Origin: Mesotaenium endlicherianum
Lineage: Eukaryota
Assembly: GCA_009602735.1 (NCBI GenBank)
Contig: WELA01001243.1
Location: forward strand, 88,351-122,594
Direction of reading: 5' to 3'
DNA length: 34,244 nucleotides
The notes beneath the pieces are model-generated. The model did not search any database, had not been told where the DNA came from, and worked only from the letters and a program-made list of their open reading frames with translations. The position numbers were made by a program, and so were the translations under genes. How positions within the stretch are numbered: the first letter of the stretch is position 1; each line of letters starts with the position of its first letter. This document shows positions 11,909 through 22,423 of this stretch, piece after piece.

Positions 11909-12656
11909 GTCTTTCAACTCGCCTCTTCCAATCTTTGGCCAAATACAGCCTCACTACGCTCCTTACAACTCAGCGGCCCTTCACCAAGAGGTATGCATCG
12001 TTGCGAATGCTGGTCAAAGCACCTCACAATTCTTCTAGCAAGGTCACACTTCGAACTAAACAGCTGTGTGCATCTTACTCAATGATCAGCAACAACGAGC
12101 AACTAGTAGCGACCGAGAGCGTAAAAAGTGGTAAGAAGGCGTAATGAGAGTGACCATATTTTGTAACAACTTTCCATGGCGAAACTTTCGTGTCAGGAAT
12201 GGACTCGCGCAACAGAACACATGCATGTAGTCCCATGTGCACCTTGACAGGACTTAACTGGGAATAATTTTATGGTCCTTTTTTTATGTAGGCAATGGAA
12301 AGATCGCGGCCGATGACGTCGGCTCTGAAACGACGTATTCTGAGTCCTGACATAATTGTGAAGCATTTTGGATGCAGAGTGATGCAGAGGCTGGCACTGG
12401 CTGCCTGACGAAATCTCCGCTAGGCATGAAAGTTGAGGTTATAGAGACGGGCTTGAAACCCATCTGCTGCGCTTGGCCCAAAGACCTCTCTGTACAGCTC
12501 TTGGCGTGTCGTCACTCTGCTTCCCATGGTTGGTGATTGTTAACACCACAATCACATGCAATACACACTGCAGTCGAATCCTTCGTAGCCGCACATACTG
12601 CTTGAAGACGCTTTTAGTGATTGTCTGCACTGGTGAAGCTGCCGCAAGCAGGCTGT

Positions 12657-15600
12657 ATGTCGTCCATACAAGCACTAGCGGGTCAATTGGCCATCACTTC
12701 ACTCTGTCGTAGTAGGATCGAGGGCATTGTGTCTCATAATAAAGTAGTTGTCCAATCTTGTACAGTTTCTTATCGGGGCGTTCCCAAGGCTCGATTAGAC
12801 TCTAGATTCACTTCTCAGCCATTCATTGCCGGGGCACACAGATTGGCTGTTTGTGGTGATTTGGCTGCTTTCACTCCAGCCATGTCGACCACAAGCAGCG
12901 GAGGTAGGTGCTTGAGGGTTATGAGAAAGTGATGATCAAGTTTTTAAGATCTGCTGGCGACTTAAAGTTGTTTGTGACCAAGGAGTCCGCTTATGCAAGT
13001 TCTGCAGATTTGTGTCGACCTTCAGTTGAAACCGTGATCACTCTATTTCTTGATATGAAAGGGGCTCTGCCGTAGCAAAGCTCTGTTTATCAGTCAATTA
13101 AATTATGCTTGCTTTCCAGAGCACTTACTGCTCCTCAATCTGGGCTGTGGGGTGGCAGCTGACAGCACAGGCACCGTTGTCGCACAAGTGGCAAGTGAGT
13201 ATGAATGAACGCGTGCAGCACCTCATGTAGTGGGCCAATGGTCCTGCTAGTGTGTGAAGCTCCTGCCGATCAGCAAGGGCCCCTCTCCTTGTCGCTTCCC
13301 AGCAATCTGGTCTAGACAGCTAGAAAGTATTCCAGCTTCGGTGCTGTGCATCTGAATAATGGAAGCTGTCGTATCTGCACCTTGAGCCTCATCTCAACTG
13401 AAGGCTGCTGTGCCAGCACCTTTTGGAGATAGGATAGGTCTCACGCTCCACTTGCACTCGGGGTTTGGACTGAAAGGGCTTAGACTGCCAGGGTGCCATC
13501 TTGCTATAAATCATGTGGCTGTGCCATAGCCAGGTGTTACTTATCAGAGGCAAGTAAAGAGGTCGTGAACGTGCCATGCGCCGATCTGCCTCTTGAGCAC
13601 AGCTTAGTAGCTGAGGCTCGGGGGCTCTATAAGGAATCGGTTCCTCTTTAATGTAGACAGAATTTAAACAGGGGTCCTTGAATGTGCTTCTAGAATACGG
13701 CAGACTTACGTGCTGCTCTGCCTTTATGCCCTCTTACTACTCCCACCAGGGAAGCCTTGGGGTCTCACAGCTCACTAGAAGCGCACGCCTGCCTGCATGG
13801 CATGCGGTGCAACCATAGCAACCGGCGAGGGGGTTCGGGGTTTGCAGCTTGCACTGGAGCTAAATGGCTAAGTGCCTGCTTCTGTGTCACCTGTGGCAGC
13901 CAGCAAGGAGGTGAGCACCTCCCCGCGGCTCAGGACCTTCCGGATGGTGGACCTGCCAGAGGACGAGCTCAGGGTGCTGCTGGCCCGGCCCCGCATCGAC
14001 TTCTCCTCCATCTACAAAACTGTAAGTTTGCGAAACCTTGAGCTTTGGACTTCCGCATGGAGGAAGTTTGGTATCCTTGCATGTTGGGCGTCGATCGCAT
14101 CCCCTATCTCCCCCCCCTTTCCAGCTCCAGGTGGTCTCGGAACCGTCCCTCATGCTTTGGCCCGGTCGCAACCTCGAGTGCAAGGATGCCACACATGGAA
14201 CTAGGACTTCCAGATCTCGTGAGTGGTGACCTTGGAGCTCAAAGGCTGCCACGTGGGTCTTGTGGGGGGGTTGAAGGTATAGACAGTTGGCTAATTCCGA
14301 GTGGCACGTTCCATGCGTCCTTATCCCTGAGCCTGCTCATAGCCTTGCTGATTCCAGAGGAGGCTAAGACTGACGCACAGAGAAAGGGAGAGGGAGGGAG
14401 GGAGAGGGAAGGAGGGAGGGAGGGAGGGAGAGGGAGGGAGAGAGGGAGCTTACAGAGACGCTGTCGGCGGCCTTACACAACCGCTCGGGCGTGACTTTGA
14501 GGGCCTGCACACGCGGCAGGCAGCGCAGAGTCGGGTGAGTGCTCTGGGCTCATCTGCACGTCTCTGGCCTCTGCCTCTGGGCGCTCTGGGCACGCCGGAG
14601 AGCACACACACACCAGCAGCTTTGTTGTCGTTGCAGTGCTGCAGTTCCCAGATGGCAGTGCCTCATCACGTGCCAGGCTAGCATTCTGGAGGAATGGCAG
14701 TAGGTTGAAAATTAGAGGGAGAGGGAGAGGGGGGGAGGGAAACACGATGACAGGGGAGACTGATAATGAGCTGTGCATGCCTTAGCCCTGAGATGGGGGC
14801 CTTGAGAGTCAGGGCTTCGATTGAGGGCTTGAGAGGACAGTCCCGCCAGCCCAGTGTGAGGAGCACGCGGGAAACGAGAGGCAGAGCAGGAGGTGAGAGA
14901 GGAAGGGAGGAGAGGAGAGGAGAAGAGAGGAGAAGAGCGGAAAGGAGGAGAGCGGAGGAGAGGAGAGGGGAAGGGAGAAGAGGCGACAGGAGAGGAGAGG
15001 AGGCAGGAGAGGAGAGGAGAGGAGAAGGGAGTGGAGAGGAGAGAAGACGGGAGAGGAGAGTGGAAAGNCCAGATGCAGATGTGGGGTGTAAGTTACCGGC
15101 AGCGGGTATGAGCGTACAATTGGGGTACGGACCAACGTGGCTAGCACCTTGGCTGCACGAGTTGCTGCATGTGCTCTGCTGGCGCTTGAGAGATGCTGGG
15201 CCCTGTGATGAAAGCGGGGGAGGGGACGGGGTATGGGGGTAGAAATGCAATACTCGTGAGATAGTCAGGAACGTCGGACTTGTTGTTGCAGTGCAGAGAG
15301 GAAGTCGGACAGAAGCTGGCCCCAGCGCAGCAGGACCCTGCCAGGTGTTGTGCTGGGCTGTCCTCTCTGGTCTGGGCTCGTGCCTTTCAGCTGGTTGGCT
15401 CTGAGAGCAACTGTCAGACCGATGACCATGAGCCGCCTAGATGGGCTTGGTAGGATCAGGTGGATGTGGGTGGGTGGGCTATCTGATGGTAGGCCGAGGG
15501 AGCGAGCGCTTTCCGGCGCCCTCCTGCATGCCCATCATGTGGTCCCCACACTTTGCACAAGTGTGGGCTAGTTGTTGCCGGCTGTATGATGCCCTCATCT

Positions 15601-18600
15601 GACGCCCTTGAGGTGGGTGCGGTGTGCGGCTGGCGAGGGGAGAGCAGGTGGAGCCCATCGTGGAGGATGTGCGCGTGCGCGGGGATGCTGCCGTGAAAGA
15701 GTGAGCCCCCCTCCCCCCTTTCCCCCCCCCTTCCTTGCCTCCTCGTCCTCCATCTCATATCCTCAGGATGGCTCAGGTGCCGTCGGACGGGAGCAGCTGA
15801 TGGCATCGGTCAGCCAGTCGGCCTGTCAGTCAGGCAGTGGCTGTGGGCACGGCCGCGCGCCTCCTACACGTGACTCGGGGACCTGTGGGTGGGGGCTGGA
15901 CGTGCGTGGCCGGGGCCGGGACTGCAGCTATACAGCCAATTTTGACGGCGCACACTTGGACTCCATCGTTGACAAGGTGGCGGACTTGCCAGATCCTCAG
16001 GTAGCGCCCGTCTGCCACGCTTCTCGTGCTCTGCCTCTCTGTCTCCCTCTCTCTGTCGTGTGCACTCTTTCCACTCCCCTACAAGTAAGATACGGCAACA
16101 TATGCTTGTCTGCTCTACTCCCCCATGTCTCCAGAGCACGCCCTGTGCCTGTGTGTAGTTGCACCCTGCAGTCTCTGTAGGGCCGTGGTGTCTCCTTGTG
16201 AAGGAACCACCTAGCCTGACTGACGTGCAGAGTGATGCAGTGCAGGGGGTGGAAGCAGCCAGCTGACAGAGCAGGCTGGCATACACAACAAGCGCGCTGC
16301 TGCTCCTGCACCTGCACCTGCATTTGCACCCCTCTGTGCTCGATACGTCAGCCGACCAATTCCTTCCATGCTCTGTTTCTGTGCTCGACTCGTCAGCGGC
16401 CTGGGTCAGCTTGCTTACTCTTGTCGGCTCGCTCTTTGGTATCTGCACGCTCGCCTGGGCTCAATTTCGCCTTGCCTCTCCTCTCCTCTGCTCGCCTCTT
16501 GCCGCCCCTGTGCGTGAACGACTGACTGACTGGCTGTCGCCGAATGGATGAATGAATGGATGGATGGATGGATGGGGCCTGTGCAGCTGGACCCGGAGGT
16601 ACAGGCGGCGTTCGACGTGGCGTTTGACAATATCCGCGTGTTTCACGAGGCGCAGGTCAAGGCGCAGCCCCTGCAAGTCGAGACCATGCCCGTGAGCACC
16701 CGCCTCTCCCCTCGCTCTCCCTCACTGCTCTCTCCCCACCACCCCCCCCTTCCCCCAGCTTGGCCACGTCTGAGGGAATGAGTAGGGCTTCTCTCAGGCT
16801 CAGCTGCCTGGGGGGTTGGAGGCGGGGGGCGTTGCTTCTCTGCCAGAGTGCCTGGGGATTAAGTCGGCGGTGTGGACTTGTGACGGTGTTGGCAGAGTCG
16901 CGGTTTGGTCGGGAGGGGTATAAGGTGCCCAAGACATGGGTGGTGCACGACAATGGGAGGCCCTTGCGTAGCTTCACAACTTGCGTTGTTCTGTAACTGG
17001 GGGTGGGGTGTGACTGGCAGGGGGTGGTTTGCAGAAGGGTGGCGCGGCCCATAGAGAGGGTGGGGCTGTACGTGCCAGGTGGCACAGCCGTGCTGCCGTC
17101 AACGGCGCTCATGCTTGCCGTGGTATGCTCTGCCCCTACACTCCCCCTGGTTTTGCCCAACCCGCTGGAACTATTGAGATGTCTCTCCTGCAGGGCCTCA
17201 CTTGCGCCAACCTTGCTCTGCTGCAAGACGGGGAAGGGAGGAAGCTTCCAGAAGAGTGACATTGTGCACACCCCTGGCACGCGACTGCGAATGTTTCCAC
17301 TGGTAGAGTCCTAGGGAGGAGCCCTGAGGTGCTGCCCAGATGGAACAGAGCCCCGGCGCACACTCCCCCACTCGACCTGCCTTTGAGCACGCTCCCGCGC
17401 ACTCAAGAGCTCCATGAGGGGCAGTGCGTGTGCCAGACGTTTCCGGGTCACCTGGCCGCGTAGACCCCCCCCNNNNNNNNNNNNNNNNNNNNNNNNNNNN
17501 NNNNNNNNNNNNNNNNNNNNNNNNNNNNNNNNNNNNNNNNNNNNNNNNNNNNNNNNNNNNNNNNNNNNNNNNNNNNNNNNNNNNNNNNNNNNNNNNNNNN
17601 NNNNNNNNNNNNNNNNNNNNNNNNNNNNNNNNNNNNNNNNNNNNNNNNNNNNNNNNNNNNNNNNNNNNNNNNNNNNNNNNNNNNNNNNNNNNNNNNNNNN
17701 NNNNNNNNNNNNNNNNNNNNNNNNNNNNCCCCCCCCCGGGGGGGTCCTCCCCTCTCTTTCGTGACAGGGCGGCCTGCTCGATGCAACCGATTGGCTGCAG
17801 CACCTGAACGCCCAACCACCCTAGAGCCCCTCTGCCCGCGGGCCGCACTTACCTCTCTCTGCACACGGGAATTTACTTACTTTCTGAAGCTCGCTCTCAC
17901 TCTTCCACTCTCTGGGCTGGGCTGGTCTGAATTGAGTCCTGGAACCGGGACCATGAAGCCATCACTTTTTCTGCTGTCCACTTGAAGTCTTCTCCCTCTC
18001 CCTCCCTCTCCTTCTCCCTCTCCCTCTCAGTGGGGCTCCCTGTTCTCCCCCGCTCAACGAGGATCTTCACTAGAACCGGACCGCTGACATTGCATTGCCG
18101 TGTGGGGCCCGCATGGGAATGCAGGAGGTGCTGTATTGCGCCAAGAAGGCGGGTGTCACGCACATTCTCAAAGCTGGCGGTGCCCAGGTAGGTGCCCACT
18201 TTCCATCTCTCCCCCCCACCCCCCCCTCCCCCCCCAACCCNNNNNNNNNNNNNNNNNNNNNNNNNNNNNNNNNNNNNNNNNNNNNNNNNNNNNNACCCAC
18301 CCACCCACTCACTCCTGCCCCTCGTTGCAGGCGCATGCTCATGCTGCCTGCGAGTCTGTAGGTTGTGTCATGTGGTGGGGGTTGGGAGGCCAGGATGACC
18401 TCGGGCTGCAGTTTGCGCAACCCAGTCGGTTCCTGCTTCCGCGCCAGGTGGCGTTTGGAGTCCTGGTCTGAAGGTGGCAGCCGTGTGCCAACACGAGAGC
18501 GTGCATCCTACGAGGGAGTCCATTGTGTGCCAGAGTGCCTCCCTCCTTTGTGCCAGAGGGGAAGGGATTTTCTATGGCTCGTGCTATTCCCCCCCTTGTG

Positions 18601-21600
18601 CCGCCGTGCCCAATCTGCCAGCACAGACGTGTGCAGGGAAGCAGGGGCTGATGTGGCGTGCCGGCTGTGGGTGGGTGGCAGGCGGTGGCGGCAATGGCGT
18701 GGGGCACGGATAGCTGTCCCAAGGTACAGAATATACGCGCTTGTGCACACCCGTGCACCCACCCACTCATCCAGCACGTCTAAGGTCCTTGCTAGCCAGT
18801 CACGCTCTGGGCACTCCCCCCAAGACCGTCATGCCCGGCAGGCGCTTGCAGGAGAAGCCGCGTGATGGCCACACCAGTCAGTCACTCTGGAGCAGAGTTA
18901 CTTTGCCCCCGGAGAGAGGGCTCTTCAGCCTCGGCAGCCTCTCCCCAGCATCAAGAGTAGTCAGCACCAGTACTGCTTGAGGGCATCTCTCACGCAGCTA
19001 CACTACCCACCCAGAGAGAGGTAGAGAGAGGGAGGGTGGAAGGGGGAGAGAGGGAGAGAGGGAGGGAGGGAGGGAGAGCCCAGCTGTGGTACCCCGGGTA
19101 GAGTGGTAGGGTAGCTTAGCGCCAGCAGGGCAGCCCAGCCTGGTATTCTACCACTTGCGCATATGTCCTTGCTCGCCGACTGTGTGCGATGGACCTGGGC
19201 TGTGCCTGTGCCTTTTTCGTGCATGCAGGTGGACAAGATCCTGGGGCCAGGCAACCAGTACGTGACGGCAGCCAAGATGATGCTGCAGGTGAAAGCCCAG
19301 CCCCCCCCCCNNNNNNNNNNNNNNNNNNNNNNNNNNNNNNNNNNNNNNNNNNNNNNNNNNNNNNNNNNNNNNNNNNNNNNNNNNNNNNNNNNNNNNNNNN
19401 NNNNNNNNNNNNNNNNNNNNNNNNNNNNNNNNNNNNNNNNNNNNNNNNNNNNNNNNNNNNNNNNNNNNNNNNNNNNNNNNNNNNNNNNNNNNNNNNNNNN
19501 NNNNNNNNNNNNNNNNNNNNNNNNNNNNNNNNNNNNNNNNNNNNNNNNNNNNNNNNNNNNNNNNNNNNNNNNNNNNNNNNNNNNNNNNNNNNNNNNNNNN
19601 NNNNNNNNNNNNNNNNNNNNNNNNNNNNNNNNNNNNNNNNNNNNNNNNNNNNNNNNNNNNNNNNNNNNNNNNNNNNNNNNNNNNNNNNNNNNNNNNNNNN
19701 NNNNNNNNNNNNNNNNNNNNNNNNNNNNNNNNNNNNNNNNNNNNNNNNNNNNNNNNNNNNNNNNNNNNNNNNNNNNNNNNNNNNNNNNNNNNNNNNNNNN
19801 NNNNNNNNNNNNNNNNNNNNNNNNNNNNNNNNNNNNNNNNNNNNNNNNNNNNNNNNNNNNNNNNNNNNNNNNNNNNNNNNNNNNNNNNNNNNNNNNNNNN
19901 NNNNCCCACCCCACCCCATTCCACCCCATCCATTCCCTCTTCAGGCCTCTCACCGTCTTCTTCCGCCTTTTCCCGCTCTTCTTATAAGGCTGCCCTCGCA
20001 GCATGTGTTGTCCTTGCACGCCCTCCTGCGGTGACCTGCTTCTATCTCTGCATGCGCGTGCAGGGAGGCTGCTACCACTCACTGTGGCTGCATTGACCCC
20101 CTCCTCTTCTCTCCAGGCCACATACGCACACAGACATGCGCTTGCGCCTGTCACAGGTACACGCACAGGCAGCAGCCTTGTGCAGTTGACACACGAGAGC
20201 GCTGAGGAGCTGGTGGATCTTACTGAGTCTGGGTCGTTAGCGGTAAAAGAGCGTGTGCATTTGTGTCTGAGAGAAAAAGACTGATATATAGAGAGAGAGA
20301 CGGCTTTGTGGCTGTGTTGCTGCTGCTGGGCCTCCCTCACACTGGGGTGGCATCGTTTGACCCTCTTGTTTGTTGTGAGAGGAAGCAGAACAGCGAGGCG
20401 ATGGTGTCCATAGACATGCCAGCTGGCCCCTCGGAAGTGCTCGTGATTGCTGACGAGGGGGCCCCGCACGCCCACGTGGCTGCTGACCTTCTCTCTCAGG
20501 TGCGTCAGCCCCGTCCTCCTCTGCCTCTCCTCTTCTTCCTCTTCCTCCTCTCGGGTGCGCTTCATGACGCAGAACGTGGCACTGGCTTCGGCTTAACGTA
20601 GCGCCGGGAGGGGATGTCTGTTGTTCGTCGAGCAAAGCTAAGAGATGTCAACAACAACTCTCAAGCCCCCTTCACCCTTCTCTCCTTCCTGCCACCCTCC
20701 GGAAGCAATAGGCGGCACTCTGCGTCGACATCTCACTGACGCCGGCCGGGGGCCTGGGATGGGCGGGCGCTCGCGCGCGTGCGTGCGTGCAGGCGGAGCA
20801 CGGCCCCGACAGCCAGGTGGTGCTGGTGGCCGTGGGCGACAGGGTGGATGTGAAGGGCATCGAGCGCGCCGTGCAGGAGCAGTGCGACGCGCTGCCCCGG
20901 GGCTCCATTGCCTGGCGCGCGCTCGACCACTCGTACGTCATCGTGGCGCCCACCATGGAAGAGGTGCGCAGAGAACCACCCCCCCTTGCAGCCCTTGTGG
21001 CCGAATGCCTGGTGCTGGTGCTGCAGCTGAATGCTCGTTGCTTCTTCGCGCCCACCAGTATGTTATGTTTCGCTCTCTCCTGTCGTTGAGTGTTCCTCTC
21101 TTGCTCAGGTCCTGCAGGGCTTGCATGTGCAGCTGGCTTTGCGCATTCACATCTGGAGAGAGGTTGCCGGGATGTGTGGTGTGTATGCAGCTAGCTCCCT
21201 TCCGCTGCTGCTGGCACTTGGGGATGTGAGTCGCCTCGTTTTGTTGGGGAGTTGGTAGGGGCTGCTTGTATTCTTCTGTGGAAGAACCACTCGCGTGCAC
21301 TCCCTGAGACTGACAACGTGGCGGCCTCTGATGCTGCGCCCTCCCTCGGCAGGCGTGCCGCTTCTCCAACATGTACGCGCCGGAGCATCTCATTGTGAAC
21401 ACCGCCGACGCGGAGGACTGGCTGCCCCACTTCATTAACGCAGGTATGGTCTTGTGATGCCCCCGCGGCGCTGATTCCTTGGTCTGGGAACTTTCAGACT
21501 TCTGAACGGCCCCTTCGTTGATGTGTAGGCCAAGCGTGTGACCGCCATAATACCTACGTCTGTGATGTTGCACAAATATCGTCACTTGCCACCAAAGTTT

Positions 21601-22177
21601 TGATGTTGGGGTACCAGCAAGCCTATTCGGCCCACAGCTCAAGCTCGCTCTGTTATCAGCCCAAGCGTGCGCCATTCTTAAGCCTGGTGAATGAAGACGC
21701 GGTCTCGCTTCTTCGCCCAAGTTCCGCTTGTGTGGCAGAGCTGCGACATGCATGCAGACGGCTTACTGTTCCTGAATTCCAGAGCTTAGCGCACTAACAG
21801 CTACACGCTGAGCAGCTTGCCAGACTGTGTTACTTCTGCATCTACGTCAATTTAGGCTTGTTGCACGTCCCCTCTCACCTTCTCTCTCTGCCCCTCTTTC
21901 CTGGGCAGGCTCGGCGTTCCTGGGGAGGTGGACTCCTGAGAGCGTGGGCGATTACGCCAGCGGGACAAATCACGTCCTCCCAACGTACGGTTACGCTCGC
22001 ATGTACGGTGGGGTGTCGCTGGATTCGTTCGTCAAGTACATGACGGTACAGTCGTTGTCAAAGGAGGGCCTTCAAAGGCTTGGCCCGTCGGTTGCCAAAA
22101 TGGCGGAGGTAGAGGGCCTAGATGCGCACAAGAGAGCCGTCACCTTGAGACTTGCTGACATAGAAGCTGGCAGGTAG
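12657..22177 (+). CDS. HISN8: Histidinol dehydrogenase (HDH/HisD) with a putative plastid transit peptide
   Basis: Exons 12657-12903, 13900-14021, 15648-15700, 15928-16000, 16587-16691, 17021-17122, [one missing exon, probably in gap 17473-17728], 18125-18187, 18682-18723, 19229-19288, 20389-20499, 20793-20963, 21353-21443, 21909-22177. Motifs: [106 protein letters not shown]. The start codon is less certain (alternative in-frame ATG at 12882). Confidence 0.97.
14895..15067. repeat. Degenerate (GGAGA)n polypurine satellite in HDH intron 2
   Basis: About 170 bp that is almost entirely G and A, with a 5-nt period. A similar (GGGA)n tract sits at 14380-14448 and a (GAGAG)n tract at 2234-2284. 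Confidence 0.9.
16544..16574. repeat. (TGAA)/(TGGA)n microsatellite directly upstream of the HDH acceptor at 16586
   Basis: atggatgaatgaatggatggatggatggatg occupies the place where a polypyrimidine tract would normally be. Confidence 0.85.
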
Positions 22178-22423
22178 GTGAAATTGCGATAAGTGGGAGC
22201 ACCTGGAGAAATGCCCATAACTGGAGTTCCGCTTCTTCGTTCCTCCTTGAAAGTTCTGGGTGCGTCGGGCAAATGGAGTGGAAAAGCACTTACTGTGAAG
22301 TGTTCACTCGAGTCTACATCCATAGAGATAGTTTAGGAGTAATAATTATTCCCGTATGTACTTGTACTGCTATTGTTGGCAAGTGGCAGAATATATGCTG
22401 CCAGTGAAAGCTCGTCGAGTACT

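Noticed and set aside
14678..15250. Leu/Ser/Pro-rich and Arg/Glu/Gly-rich ORFs
   Set aside because: They are translations of the intronic (GGAGA)n satellite.
17729..17744. Poly-C/poly-G palindrome next to a gap
   Set aside because: It abuts an N run in low-complexity sequence and is probably an assembly-edge artefact.
19003..20565. 520-aa ORF and other ORFs containing X runs (3079-4137, 17198-17848, 33205-33936)
   Set aside because: Their length comes from N gaps translated as X.
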